This document shows, one piece after another, positions 20,966 through 31,243 of a stretch of DNA of 64,000 bases. The position numbers and the translations under genes were made by a program. The notes under the pieces are model-generated. The model searched no databases and had not been told where the DNA came from. It worked only from the letters and a program-made list of their open reading frames with translations. Source of the stretch: Leptolyngbyaceae cyanobacterium (GTDB taxonomy: Bacteria; Cyanobacteriota; Cyanobacteriia; Phormidesmidales; Phormidesmidaceae); the NCBI GenBank assembly GCA_965263355.1, contig CBDHHL010000032.1:3296001-3360000 (forward strand), written 5' to 3'. The first letter of the stretch is position 1, and each line of letters opens with the position of its first letter.

Positions 20966-21029
20966 GATTTTAATTGCTGACTGTATGGAAATTGACAATC
21001 CATAACAGCGAGAGTCGCCCTACAGGTTT

Positions 21030-21065
21030 AATAGCTTTAGCTGATTGCAACCAGCTAAAGCTATT
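21030..21065 (+). terminator. Hairpin downstream of RTX paralog B
   Basis: aatagctttagctg-attgcaac-cagctaaagctatt. Confidence 0.5.
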
Positions 21066-21654
21066 GTCAAATTCTAGGTGGTGGTGAGCATGTATTCTCC
21101 TGTGAACCAAGCAAACAATAGGAAATCAAAGCGGGTCAGTGTCTCATCGCCTTGAGGGTGCCTTTTAGAGGTAATTATTGTTTATCAAAAAAATATTAAT
21201 TAATAGTGAACTAGTTGCTATTTCTTTGAAAACTTTGTGAATTAGCTTTTTTTTACTTTATTTCAAGCAGGAAAAAACCTGATAGTAAAGAAAGTGTATA
21301 CTCTGTTCACTAGAGCACCCGTATCTATACTGAGAACTCAAAGGCTCTAGCTGGGGGCTAACCTTTGGTAGTCAAATGACGATCTGCCGAATCGCTTAGT
21401 TTTGTTATCAATGCTATCTGTCATGGCACGCGTGTATGCAAAGGCTAATAAGCCTTTTGCTGACTATTGCAGGCTCTTGAAAATTTTAAATCCGATGCCT
21501 CATTCATGACTTACTGAACGTCCACCTTCTTTTTTGCATTTCGTTCTAAATACCGTTTTTTGATCAAACGAGCAGTTGCTTGTTTGTAGTTTTTACAGCT
21601 TTATTTCACCTCGAAACACAACATCAATCTATATAAGGAAAAGAGGAAATTCGA

Positions 21655-22773
21655 ATGGCAAATTTAATTTTTGTCCAGCCCTATGACATGAGCGTACAGG
21701 GCTTAGGATATGACACCTTTGATTTTTTTGTTACTCAACAAACGTCCAATAGGGTTGTTGTTGATTTTGGTGATGATCGAGATATATATACAGGCAGTAA
21801 CATTACCTACAGTGGCAATCTTAATACTGGTGGTATAGTCACTGGTGGTACTATCCAATCTCTGCTTTATACCGGCAATTTTACCGGTCCTGTTCTGTTT
21901 GCTAATGGTTTTGGCAATACGGTAGGGGCAGCCCAAGTTGCTAATTTTCTGAGTCAGGGGGATGGTAACGCCCAAGGTCTTTTCAGTTACGCATTTCGGG
22001 GTAATGACAGATTTGTTGGCTCGCCAGGTAACGATGTTATGCGTGGCTATGCAGGGAATGACCTCTTACTGGGCAAGAATGGAAATGATGGAATCTTTGG
22101 CTACAGTGGCAATGACCGAGCACTGGGAGGGTTTGGAAACGATACTCTAGTGGGAGGTCTTGGCAATGACCGATTCTTTGGAGAAGCTGGCATTGACGTG
22201 CTATTTGGCCAAGATGGCAATGACGTCCTAGGCGGTGGCTTAGGCAATGACGTTCTCTATGGTCAAGCTGGTGTGGATGTGTTGATTGGTGATGGTGGCA
22301 ATGACCAGCTTTTTGGCGGTGACGGACTTGACCGTCTCTTTGGCAATGCTGGCAATGATACCCTTATAGGCGGTGCTGGTAATGACGTTATTAGAGGTGG
22401 GATTGGCGATGACGTATTAAATGGGACTGACTCTACGTCTGCCGGTAATGGTGAACGTGATATCTTGTTTAGCTCTGATTTCAACGATAGTGACATCTTT
22501 GTTTTGGGCGTTAATGCTACACCTTTCTATAACGACCAAGGCAACAATGATTATGCCCTTATCAGAGATTTTGACCTCTTTGATTTCCCAGGAGATATAG
22601 CAGACCGTATTCAATTAGAAGGGAACGCCAGCTTCTATAGCATTAGCAATGTCTTTATTGGTGGTGTGAGTGGTGCAGGCATTTTTGACTTTGGTGATCT
22701 CGTTGGAATTGTCGAAGGAATCAGTGCTAGTCAGCTAAGTTTAACGGATTCTACTCAATTTATTTACGCTTAG
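21655..22773 (+). CDS. RTX/hemolysin-type Ca-binding secreted protein, paralog C
   Basis: Same architecture; RTX and C-terminal region nearly identical to paralog A. Confidence 0.9.
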   Translation: MANLIFVQPYDMSVQGLGYDTFDFFVTQQTSNRVVVDFGDDRDIYTGSNITYSGNLNTGGIVTGGTIQSLLYTGNFTGPVLFANGFGNTVGAAQVANFLSQGDGNAQGLFSYAFRGNDRFVGSPGNDVMRGYAGNDLLLGKNGNDGIFGYSGNDRALGGFGNDTLVGGLGNDRFFGEAGIDVLFGQDGNDVLGGGLGNDVLYGQAGVDVLIGDGGNDQLFGGDGLDRLFGNAGNDTLIGGAGNDVIRGGIGDDVLNGTDSTSAGNGERDILFSSDFNDSDIFVLGVNATPFYNDQGNNDYALIRDFDLFDFPGDIADRIQLEGNASFYSISNVFIGGVSGAGIFDFGDLVGIVEGISASQLSLTDSTQFIYA

Positions 22774-23144
22774 GGTGTCAGGTGCTATAGGCCTAATATA
22801 GTAAAGCAACCCGCACTAAGTCCAATGCAGGCAGTATTTCATGAATCAGTAATAATAAGTGGCTGAGTTGAAACCTGTCGCCACCTATGTGTGGGTTGCC
22901 ATACCAAATAACTCTGCTTAGAAAGAACAATCTCACAGGTTGTAATCCTTTGTGATTACCCTGTGAGATCGGGCACTAAAGTCTGTCATATCAACATTGA
23001 CTGCATCCCTATAGGGTGAATAATACAAAATTGCTGCACAAGCTTGCTTCAGGTTTAGGGATGGGTAGATACTGTCAATTTTCTATTTAATTTGAGTTTA
23101 TAGAACTATTGTGCCCTACTTTGTAGTACTTGCGCCTATGTAGC

Positions 23145-24311
23145 TTACATTAACGATAGCTGATCCTTGCCATCATCAGAGTCTGGCTTGACTTCTGACT
23201 TAAATACTAATGTGAGACGCTCAGGTACCTCATAGCCCAAATGTTTCCAGGCAGCTGGTGTGGCAATCCGGCCCCGCGGTGTGCGTTGCAAATAGCCAAT
23301 CTGTAAAAGATAGGGCTCGTAGACTTCCTCAATCGTCTGAGCATCTTCCCCAGTAGCCGCCGCCATAGTATCCAGCCCCACTGGACCACCATTAAAGTTT
23401 TCAATCATGACCGATAGTAACCGTCGGTCAGTCCAATCTAGGCCACAAGGGTCCACATTAAACAGTTCTAAAGCATCCCCAGCAATTTGCTCGGTAATCG
23501 GTCCCGATGCTTTCACCTGTACATAGTCCCGAACCCGCTTGAGTAGACGGTTAGCAATACGCGGTGTGCCCCGTGCCCGACGGGCAATTTCCATTGCTCC
23601 CGGTTCCTCAATATCAGTTTTAAGTACCTTGGCCGTACGCAGAATAATGCTGGTTAGCTCATCTAGTTCATAAAACCGCAACCGTTGGATTAAACCAAAG
23701 CGGTCTCTTAAAGGCGATGTCAGCGCCCCTACTTTGGTCGTTGCGCCCACCAGGGTAAACGGCTGGAGTGGAATACTGCGAGTTCTGGCACTTTGCCCCT
23801 TACCGATAGTGATATCCAGTCGAGCATCTTCCATGGCCGGGTACAAAATTTCCTCGGTAACCCGTGATAGACGATGAATTTCATCAATAAATAGAATGTC
23901 TCCAGCTTTGACGTTGACCAGTAGACCAGCAATATCCCGAGGCCGCTCTAAGGCTGGCGCAGTTGTGATTTTGCAATCCACCTTCATTTCCTGGGCCAAA
24001 ATCAGAGCCATGGTGGTTTTCCCAAGACCGGGTGGACCATAGAGCAATAAATGGTCCAATGGTTCCTTACGGGATTGCGCTGCCTGAATCGCGATTTGCA
24101 GCACTTCTTTGAGCGCTTTTTGGCCAATGTAGTCCTGCAAATTCTGGGGCCGAATACCGTCTTCATTACGACTCACCTCATCGGGGCGTGCCGAACTTTC
24201 TAACAGCTGGTTTTTTTGACCGGTTTGCGGTGTTTGCTTTGCTGGCTGCTTTTCAGGCTTGTGATCGTCTGGCTGATTTGCTTCCGGCTGTTTGGACGAA
24301 ATAATGGCCAT
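23145..24311 (-). CDS. ruvB: Holliday junction branch migration helicase RuvB
   Basis: [46 protein letters not shown]. Confidence 0.98.
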   Translation of the reverse strand: MAIISSKQPEANQPDDHKPEKQPAKQTPQTGQKNQLLESSARPDEVSRNEDGIRPQNLQDYIGQKALKEVLQIAIQAAQSRKEPLDHLLLYGPPGLGKTTMALILAQEMKVDCKITTAPALERPRDIAGLLVNVKAGDILFIDEIHRLSRVTEEILYPAMEDARLDITIGKGQSARTRSIPLQPFTLVGATTKVGALTSPLRDRFGLIQRLRFYELDELTSIILRTAKVLKTDIEEPGAMEIARRARGTPRIANRLLKRVRDYVQVKASGPITEQIAGDALELFNVDPCGLDWTDRRLLSVMIENFNGGPVGLDTMAAATGEDAQTIEEVYEPYLLQIGYLQRTPRGRIATPAAWKHLGYEVPERLTLVFKSEVKPDSDDGKDQLSLM

Positions 24312-24375
24312 GACAATTCAACCAACGATTTAAATACATAGATGTTGCTGCTTCTCTAAGTCTATGAATTGGCAA

Positions 24376-24388
24376 CAACAAATGTACT
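24376..24388 (-). promoter_or_regulatory. Candidate cyanobacterial LexA box upstream of ruvB
   Basis: Minus strand AGTAC-ATT-TGTTG versus consensus RGTAC-NNN-DGTWC (1 mismatch), 65 bp upstream of the ruvB start. Confidence 0.5.
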
Positions 24389-24395
24389 ATATCGC

Positions 24396-24854
24396 TTAAT
24401 AAATCATCACGCGTCCGTCGTTAACAATGTGTACAGCACTATCGTTGACAGCACCACTGGGTAATAGCTCAATCTGCAAGATATCTGTTGCTGGTCGATG
24501 CAGTTTGACTTCGATGGGGCGCTGGGCAGCTTCCCAAAATACAACCGATAGATCGCCGATGCCGATTTGGGCGTCAATGGTGATCATTTGATCGGGCCAC
24601 ATGCCATAGGGGGCAAAGTCTAAAACACGTTCGAGGCTGACTCGCCCACCAGTATGATTGACGACTTGCAGCCTAACTGCTTGCCCAGGGGCAAATTGGA
24701 TTTCATCAGAGCCGCATCGATAACTGCATTCAGATGCTTGGACTGCTGTATTTGCTGTAGCTATGACCAGGGCAGAGCCCAGAAAGAGTAATTGTTTAAG
24801 CATGATGACTTCCTCCATCAATAGAAGACTACAAATCAATGGAATGTGTTCCAT
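24396..24854 (-). CDS. Hypothetical secreted protein
   Basis: Signal peptide MLKQLLFLGSALVIATANTAVQA followed by CSYRC; true start probably the internal Met at 24803. Confidence 0.7.
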   Translation of the reverse strand: MEHIPLICSLLLMEEVIMLKQLLFLGSALVIATANTAVQASECSYRCGSDEIQFAPGQAVRLQVVNHTGGRVSLERVLDFAPYGMWPDQMITIDAQIGIGDLSVVFWEAAQRPIEVKLHRPATDILQIELLPSGAVNDSAVHIVNDGRVMIY

Positions 24855-24949
24855 TGATTAGCTTGTGAAGTCTGGCCGACTATCGTTGAGCTGGACAACG
24901 GTTGGCCAACAATATTGCTTTATAATTCCCTGGAAAATACAAAAATAAC

Positions 24950-25020
24950 TAAACCAACCAAGTTGGGATCTATCAGCTCTGATGCGGGAAAACGACCTTT
25001 CTGGACATTGACAAGTTTTA
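24950..25020 (-). repeat. ~73-bp dispersed hairpin repeat, copy 3
   Basis: Reverse complement taaaacttgtcaatgtccagaaaggtcgttttcccgcatcagagctgatagatcccaacttggttggttta matches the copy at 63863. Confidence 0.7.
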
Positions 25021-25181
25021 ATGTCACTGATGAACTTGCATGTCTTTGTTCTAGAAAGTTACTTGACTAGGTAATATCTGAGTACAGTACTTTTGCTTTC
25101 GATGTGCTGGGCCGAATGAAGCCATTGGCGGATTTCAGCTTGCGGAACAACCAGATCTGCCGTAGTCGTCGAAAAGTCGTT

Positions 25182-25199
25182 AAAGTAAACTAATGTAAA
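25182..25199 (-). promoter_or_regulatory. HLR1-like (RpaB) direct repeat upstream of the ArsA/GET3 gene
   Basis: Minus strand TTTACATT-AG-TTTACTTT, 1 mismatch to (G/T)TTACA(T/A)(T/A)-N2-(G/T)TTACA(T/A)(T/A). Confidence 0.45.
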
Positions 25200-25215
25200 C
25201 GTTTCTAAGGTAAGT

Positions 25216-26391
25216 ATGCGCGTACTCCTGATGACTGGAAAGGGCGGCGTTGGTAAAACGTCGGTGGCGGCGGCAACGGGGCTACGTTGTGCTGAACTAG
25301 GTTATAAAACCTTAGTGCTGAGCACCGATCCAGCACATTCTTTGGCAGATAGCTTTGATATGGAGCTGGAGCATACCCCCCGTGAAGTAAAGCCTAATCT
25401 TTGGGGGGCTGAGTTGGATGCCCTACGCGAGCTGGAAGGAAACTGGGGTGCGGTAAAGCGTTATATTACGCAAGTATTGCAAGCCCGTGGTCTAGAAGGT
25501 GTGGAAGCAGAAGAGCTTGCGATTTTACCAGGCATGGATGAAATTTTTAGCCTGGTGCGGATGAAGCGTCACCATGACGAAGGTGAGTATGATGTGCTGA
25601 TCATTGATTCGGCCCCGACAGGAACTGCATTGCGCCTACTGAGTCTGCCAGAGGTGGCTGGTTGGTACATGCGCAAACTGTATAAGCCGTTTCAGGCTGT
25701 TTCGGCGGCCCTGAGACCCATTGTGGAGCCTTTGTTTAGGCCGGTGGCAGGTTTTTCTTTGCCGACCACTGAGGTGATGGATGCTCCCTATGAGTTTTAT
25801 GAACAATTGGTGGAGTTGGAGAAGGTTTTAACCGATACGGCGACGACATCGGTACGTTTGGTGACCAACCCTGAGAAAATGGTGATCAAAGAGTCGTTAC
25901 GGGCCCATGCTTATCTGAGTCTCTACAATGTAGGGACAGATATGGTGGTGGCCAACCGGATTATTCCTGATAGTGTGACCGATCCATTCTTTAAACGGTG
26001 GAAGGAGAATCAACAGATTTATCGCCAGGAAATCCATGATGATTTTCGCCCCCTACCTATAAAGGAAGTGCCTCTCTTTTCTGAAGAGATGTGTGGTATT
26101 CAAGCACTGGAACGATTAAAAGAGACTATCTACGGTGATGAAGATCCTACTCAGGTGTATTATAAAGAAACTACACTGCGAGTAGTTCAGGAGCAAGATA
26201 ATTATAGTCTAGAGGTTTATCTACCAGGTATTCCTAAGAGCCAGATTGAGCTGAGTAAGAGTGCGGATGAGCTAAATATTCGCATTGGTAATCATCGTCG
26301 TAATTTGGTGCTTCCTCAGGCCTTGGCTGCTTTACAACCGGCTGGTGCCAAGATGGAAGATGATTATCTGAAGATTAGGTTCGCTGCTTAG
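25216..26391 (+). CDS. ArsA/GET3/TRC40 family ATPase with C-terminal HSP20-like domain
   Basis: [23 protein letters not shown]-terminal alpha-crystallin-like domain. Confidence 0.92.
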   Translation: MRVLLMTGKGGVGKTSVAAATGLRCAELGYKTLVLSTDPAHSLADSFDMELEHTPREVKPNLWGAELDALRELEGNWGAVKRYITQVLQARGLEGVEAEELAILPGMDEIFSLVRMKRHHDEGEYDVLIIDSAPTGTALRLLSLPEVAGWYMRKLYKPFQAVSAALRPIVEPLFRPVAGFSLPTTEVMDAPYEFYEQLVELEKVLTDTATTSVRLVTNPEKMVIKESLRAHAYLSLYNVGTDMVVANRIIPDSVTDPFFKRWKENQQIYRQEIHDDFRPLPIKEVPLFSEEMCGIQALERLKETIYGDEDPTQVYYKETTLRVVQEQDNYSLEVYLPGIPKSQIELSKSADELNIRIGNHRRNLVLPQALAALQPAGAKMEDDYLKIRFAA

Positions 26392-26443
26392 AATTTTTTG
26401 AAATCAACGTCAGATCAACAGGGTAAGTAGGGGGTCCCATCCT

Positions 26444-27235
26444 TCATAAGATAAGAAGACTGGGATCACCTACATGTTCACCAAAATAGAAGAGTTTAGT
26501 TTGGTAGCGAAAAATCAGCTGTCCTTGTTGACTATAGCGCTCAAAGAGCCGTTTTAGCTCAGTGAGCATTGTGTCATAATTTGGTGCATCTGCTTTAGGT
26601 GCATAGGAACAAGAGAGTAACCGTCCCTTTAAACCCTCGTAGTCCATTACCTGAGCATTGTCAAAGGTGCGCATACTCAGAGTGCGTGGTGATAAAAACT
26701 GGGTTAGGGTGTCATGGCTCACACGACGATGATTAACGTGTTCATAGTCTGGGCATTGGGTTTGCAGAAAATTTTCATAGGCTTGGTGGAATGGGTCATT
26801 GTCTAACCGATCATTCCAAATTAGGGCGACATGACCTGCGGGTTTGAGAATACGTTCAATTTCTTGCCGTGTTTTTGCTTGGTCAAACCAGTGAAATGCT
26901 TGACCGGCAACTATCCAATCAATCGAAGCATTGGGTAGAGTAGTGGCTTCGGCTTGCCCATGGATGCTGTGAAATTGAGGATAGCTTTGCAGAATCTGCT
27001 CTGCTGCTAGACGCATGTTTGTATTGGGTTCTACCCCATATACCGGGTTGCCATTTTCTAAAAAATGTCGGGTCAATATTCCGGTCCCTGAACCAATATC
27101 TGCTACAACATGTGTGGCTGTAAGACCATATGCTTCAATCAGGTAAGCAAATAGGGCTTTGGGATAATCAGGGCGATATTTGATATAGTCTGCTACTCGA
27201 TCTGAGAAGCGTTCCGTTGGGTTTAGGCTAGTCAT
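26444..27235 (-). CDS. Class I SAM-dependent methyltransferase
   Basis: ERFSDRVADYIKYRPDYP, VADIGSGTG, AGQAFHWFD; ATG overlaps the upstream gene's TGA (ATGA). Confidence 0.9.
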   Translation of the reverse strand: MTSLNPTERFSDRVADYIKYRPDYPKALFAYLIEAYGLTATHVVADIGSGTGILTRHFLENGNPVYGVEPNTNMRLAAEQILQSYPQFHSIHGQAEATTLPNASIDWIVAGQAFHWFDQAKTRQEIERILKPAGHVALIWNDRLDNDPFHQAYENFLQTQCPDYEHVNHRRVSHDTLTQFLSPRTLSMRTFDNAQVMDYEGLKGRLLSCSYAPKADAPNYDTMLTELKRLFERYSQQGQLIFRYQTKLFYFGEHVGDPSLLIL

Positions 27236-27642
27236 GACAGCGGTTTGAGTAATTGTTTGAATACATGCCACCGTGAACGGGGCCAATGGTCTACGTGGGA
27301 GCAAATTAATCCCGCTTGATTGAGTTGGAGTTCACTCCAGCCAGGGATGGAAATGCGAGGTTTCCAGGGGGTGGGGGCCGTGAAGTGTAGGGTCCATCGG
27401 GTGATAAAGGTATTTCCTTGGGGCGGTTCTACGCTATGTAGCTCTAACTCAATATTGGTAAACCATTGTTCAATAAACCCAATCATACGTTGGTAACGTG
27501 TAATACCCCGAAACTCATTCATCGGGTCTTTGAAGTACACATCGTCTGCATAGAGGTGATAGCTCTGTTCTTGGGGGAAACGGGCGTAGTCAGCTTTAAC
27601 TTGCTCAATGACAGTTTGTATTGCTGTTTCATGATTACTCAT
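27232..27642 (-). CDS. DUF2358 / SnoaL-like (NTF2 fold) protein
   Basis: YADDVYFKDPMNEFRG...TRWTL...PWKPRISIPGWSEL...SHVDHW. Confidence 0.85.
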   Translation of the reverse strand: MSNHETAIQTVIEQVKADYARFPQEQSYHLYADDVYFKDPMNEFRGITRYQRMIGFIEQWFTNIELELHSVEPPQGNTFITRWTLHFTAPTPWKPRISIPGWSELQLNQAGLICSHVDHWPRSRWHVFKQLLKPLS

Positions 27643-27799
27643 TGTTAGCGGCCTCGGGTGGATTGACTTCTGTGCTCAACTATTCGTCTGTCAAGAGTGA
27701 GTTTTGGGGTGGAAGAGATGATTAGCAAGATAGTTGTTATCAGTGACACACCGTTCACTACCTTATCCAAAACTGTGTTCTTGACGTGTGACTAGCCAC

Positions 27800-27826
27800 A
27801 AAAAAGAGGTGTAAATATTACACCTC
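27800..27826 (-). terminator. Intrinsic terminator downstream of the DUF4912 gene
   Basis: Minus strand GAGGTGTAA-tat-TTACACCTC-TTTTTT. Confidence 0.7.
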
Positions 27827-27884
27827 CCCAACTAGTTGGCATTAAATTTTGAACTCAACGAATGAGTTGATGGAATGAGTCATT

Positions 27885-29177
27885 CTAAAATGCAAACCAT
27901 TCCTCAACAGCTTCTGCCTTGATATTGGTATTGCGCTCGGGAGTCTCACGGGTGAATTTCATGTGGATGGAGCGAATGTGCTCACCATCGGCGGCTACTG
28001 CCTTAATCGGATAGTCAATTAAGCCATCCTGAAAAGACATCTGGAAGCGGAATGTGCCGTCGGGCTTAAGGTCAATTTTGCGATTACCAATGGTAACTGT
28101 TGCATCGGGCTCAGTAGCACCGTAAACAATCAACTCAGCATCCGTAGCCAACCAAAACTGGCGAGGACGACTCGGCAGAGCTGAGGCGGAGGACATCCCT
28201 GATAAGGTTGGCAGTGCCCACATACCGACACCAGAGGGGAAGACAAAGGAGCTTACTGCCTGCTCAGGTACCTGGTGCATGGAGCCAAACAGTGAGCCAG
28301 CAATCCGCTGGGCTTCCATGGCTTGAGCCTTGGCAAAGATTTCATCGTAGATGGTGTCACCCTCGATTTTCTTACTGGGTGGGGTTAGAGTCATGACGGT
28401 CTTGCCCGTCAGCTCTTCTTCCCAGTCGACAGTGACAAAGTGGTCTTCGATCCAGTCGGAGGGGTACATGGGAGGAACGTGGATAGGTGTAGACCGTGCC
28501 ATCATTAGCCAGCGACCGTCGGCAGCTACATAGCCAATTTCAGCAATGTAGTCGCGATCGCTAACGGGCACAGGCAAGAACCATTCCCGCGCCATCTCAT
28601 CACATTCATATTGCTGGAGGCTGTGGGGCGCTACAAAATTGATATCAATAGCAGTAACGTCGTAGAAACGAATAGCTAGACGGACACCCCCCTGACGGCG
28701 GATTTCTTCTTTGTGACCACCAGGGATATCCCAGTAAACGTACGCCCACTGAGGATCACGAGGCATCAGGACAATACGGCTGTCGCCATAGCCACCGGGT
28801 AAATCATCAAACCCATCATCGACGGTGGCTAGCCCTGCCTTGGTTGTGTTTGTATCAGGTTCTGTGGCAGTTGCTTCTGTGGCAGTTGCTTCTGTGGCAG
28901 TTGCTTTTGTCGCAGTTGCTTCTGTGGCAGTTGCTTCTGTGGCAGTTGCTTCTGTGGCAGTTGCTTCTGTGGCAGTTTTTTCTGCCGCAGTTGCCACAGT
29001 GGTTGTGGGAGCTGCGGTGCTTTCACCACGGGCTGCCTGAGCTAAACGAATTGCTTCGACTAATTGGACTTTCCGCATACGACTGTAGCGAGAGACTGAA
29101 TACTCACTCGCGACTAGACGTAACTGCCGCAACGTCATTTCTTCTAAAGGAACCTTTGAACCGTTACTCATTGCCAT
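27885..29177 (-). CDS. DUF4912 domain protein with N-terminal Rho-N-like domain
   Basis: LEEMTLRQLR..ASEYSVSRYSRMRK; RIVLMPRDPQWAYVYWD; FWLATDAELIVYGATEPDA; start uncertain (29171-29195). Confidence 0.88.
   Translation of the reverse strand: MAMSNGSKVPLEEMTLRQLRLVASEYSVSRYSRMRKVQLVEAIRLAQAARGESTAAPTTTVATAAEKTATEATATEATATEATATEATATKATATEATATEATATEPDTNTTKAGLATVDDGFDDLPGGYGDSRIVLMPRDPQWAYVYWDIPGGHKEEIRRQGGVRLAIRFYDVTAIDINFVAPHSLQQYECDEMAREWFLPVPVSDRDYIAEIGYVAADGRWLMMARSTPIHVPPMYPSDWIEDHFVTVDWEEELTGKTVMTLTPPSKKIEGDTIYDEIFAKAQAMEAQRIAGSLFGSMHQVPEQAVSSFVFPSGVGMWALPTLSGMSSASALPSRPRQFWLATDAELIVYGATEPDATVTIGNRKIDLKPDGTFRFQMSFQDGLIDYPIKAVAADGEHIRSIHMKFTRETPERNTNIKAEAVEEWFAF
28861..28995. repeat. 15-bp coding tandem repeat (TCTGTGGCAGTTGCT) x8 plus one degenerate unit, encoding ATEAT repeats
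   Basis: Read directly from the sequence. Confidence 0.95.
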
Positions 29178-29502
29178 ACCCTTGAATTCCAGCACTGCAA
29201 AACAATCGGCTAAATCACCTACTGGGGATCGCTCTCAAGCTTAATCATGCCAGGAAAAGGTATGGGGATCAATTAGGGTGATCCCCATATAAGTTTTTAT
29301 CTATAAGAGCTTCAGCGGTTTTAAAGATTCAATTGTCATATCTTCATGACAATTGAATTGTCAGCTTCTAACTATACTGAGCCTTAAGTCACAAAAGCAT
29401 GACAATTGGGGATCGTCTTCTAGGCTTAGGTTGGCTGAAAGCGTTATGGCTGGTACGAATAGATGTGGGATGATTAGGGCTGAAACTACTCAGCACTGTG
29501 CT

Positions 29503-30255
29503 ATGGCTCAATCTCTGTCATCACTTCATGGCAGCCGTCTGATCAGTCGCGTGTTGCCCCTGGCTGTGAAACTTTGGTTGCAAACACAGCTCGATGAGAT
29601 TGGGGATTTAACCTTCGACATTCAAGCTACTGATCGTCAGGTATTGTCCGGTTATATTCCCGGCCTAGCTTTATCAGCGCAGCAGGCAGTGTATCAGGGG
29701 ATACGGATTACCGACGTCGCCGCGCAAGCCAGTGATATTAAGATCAATATTGGTCAGGTTTTACGGGGAAAGCCTTTGCGACTAATGCAGTCATTTCCCA
29801 TTGCCGGACAAGTTGTCTTAGATGGAGATGCGCTAAAGGCCTCATCCACAGAGTCTATTTTGGCGGTTGGTCTACTTGACTTTTGGCAAACGCTGCTCGC
29901 TAACGAAGAGGTGGCCGCAGAAGTAGCGACTTACTATGGTGCTGATATTGCTGTCCTACAGGATCCACAGCTGTCGCAATACCAGTCAAACATACAAACT
30001 TTGGGGACGAATCTAGTGTTGCATTTAGTCCGTAGTGGCCAAGCCGAGCTTGGGTTGAAGGGATGTCTTGACATTGAGCATGGTCATATTTTGCGATTAA
30101 CGACCGCTCAATGGTGTTTGTCGTCAGGAGAGCAGGTGCGCAGCCATGCCCTCACTAACTTTTGTTGGAACTTAGGAGAGCAAACAGAGCTGCAATCCCT
30201 GGAAGTGCGAGACAACAAACTGATGTGTCAGTGTAGCATTGTGGTGAAACCCTAA
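29503..30255 (+). CDS. DUF2993/LmeA-like putative lipid-binding protein
   Basis: SRLISRVLPLAVKLWLQTQ...AVYQGI...IKINIGQVLRGKPLRL; ATG at 29503 preferred. Confidence 0.75.
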   Translation: MAQSLSSLHGSRLISRVLPLAVKLWLQTQLDEIGDLTFDIQATDRQVLSGYIPGLALSAQQAVYQGIRITDVAAQASDIKINIGQVLRGKPLRLMQSFPIAGQVVLDGDALKASSTESILAVGLLDFWQTLLANEEVAAEVATYYGADIAVLQDPQLSQYQSNIQTLGTNLVLHLVRSGQAELGLKGCLDIEHGHILRLTTAQWCLSSGEQVRSHALTNFCWNLGEQTELQSLEVRDNKLMCQCSIVVKP

Positions 30256-30262
30256 ACAGCCA

Positions 30263-31141
30263 TTAGTTTCCTGGCCACACTCCCGGCAGGCTAGGCAATA
30301 ACAAGGTGATGAAATAAAACACGAGGGGGGCCGTAAACACATAGCTATCGGTGCGATCCAAAATACCGCCATGCCCAGGGATCAAGGTGCCAGAGTCTTT
30401 TACACCAGCGTCTCGCTTCATCAGGGACTCAGTTAGGTCACCGAGTAGGCTAGCGACACCAATCATGCTGCCAAAGGCCGGACCAGTCAGCCACCATAGG
30501 GGCCATTGTATACACCAAGCACCAGTGCAGCCTACGATCAGGCTGCCAATAATGCCACAGATGGCTCCTTCTACAGTTTTTTTAGGGCTAATGTTTGTCA
30601 AGGGTGTGCGGCCAAAGGTGCGACCGGCTGCATAGGCACCGATATCAGCTGCCCAGATACAGGCAAATGCCAGTAAGGTGTGAACAAGTCCGATAGGTAA
30701 ATGGGTGATAATCCAGTCGCTGGGCCAATAACCACCCAAGGGAAGGTTGGTCACATTACTTTCCCAATCCCGTAACCGGATCCAATAGCTGGGTAAATAG
30801 CCGCCGTAAAACAGACCCAAGATAGAGGCCGCCACATCAGCAATGGTGGCAAACTTGGGCAAAAAAAGGACATAAAAGCAAATACAGGTGCCAGCTAGCG
30901 ATAAGATCGCATCGGTTAAATCAGGCGCTATGTGGGCTGCAACCAGCAATATCTGACTGACAACTAGGGTGGTTTTTACTGCGGCGTTGATGCCTTTAGC
31001 TTTGGTAAGACCAAAAACTTCTAGCTGCCCTAAATAGACGATAAGGCCAAACCCAACTGTAAAATACCATCCTCCCAAGACAATCATCAGTAGAGCAACT
31101 GCGATCGCAACTCCACCACTAGCAATACGGATCCACGGCAT
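30263..31141 (-). CDS. cdsA: Phosphatidate cytidylyltransferase
   Basis: ISPKKTVEG, GDLTESLMKRDAGVKDSGTLIPGHGGILDRTDS. Confidence 0.96.
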   Translation of the reverse strand: MPWIRIASGGVAIAVALLMIVLGGWYFTVGFGLIVYLGQLEVFGLTKAKGINAAVKTTLVVSQILLVAAHIAPDLTDAILSLAGTCICFYVLFLPKFATIADVAASILGLFYGGYLPSYWIRLRDWESNVTNLPLGGYWPSDWIITHLPIGLVHTLLAFACIWAADIGAYAAGRTFGRTPLTNISPKKTVEGAICGIIGSLIVGCTGAWCIQWPLWWLTGPAFGSMIGVASLLGDLTESLMKRDAGVKDSGTLIPGHGGILDRTDSYVFTAPLVFYFITLLLPSLPGVWPGN

Positions 31142-31243
31142 AAGCGAATAAAAAAACAGGCCTGGTGCAGATTTGGCCCAGCTTTTTAGTATATCAGTGA
31201 TCGCTCGAAGCCTGTATTTTCTAGGCAATCAGACCACCTGGTT

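Noticed and set aside
18473..22773. Diversity-generating retroelement or shufflon behind the RTX variability
   Set aside because: No reverse transcriptase or invertase in the window; the differences are not adenine-specific and all copies are co-oriented
28825..29185. Repetitive ORFs (QLLLW)n, (VAVAS)n and (QKQLP)n
   Set aside because: Alternative frames of the 15-bp VNTR inside the DUF4912 gene
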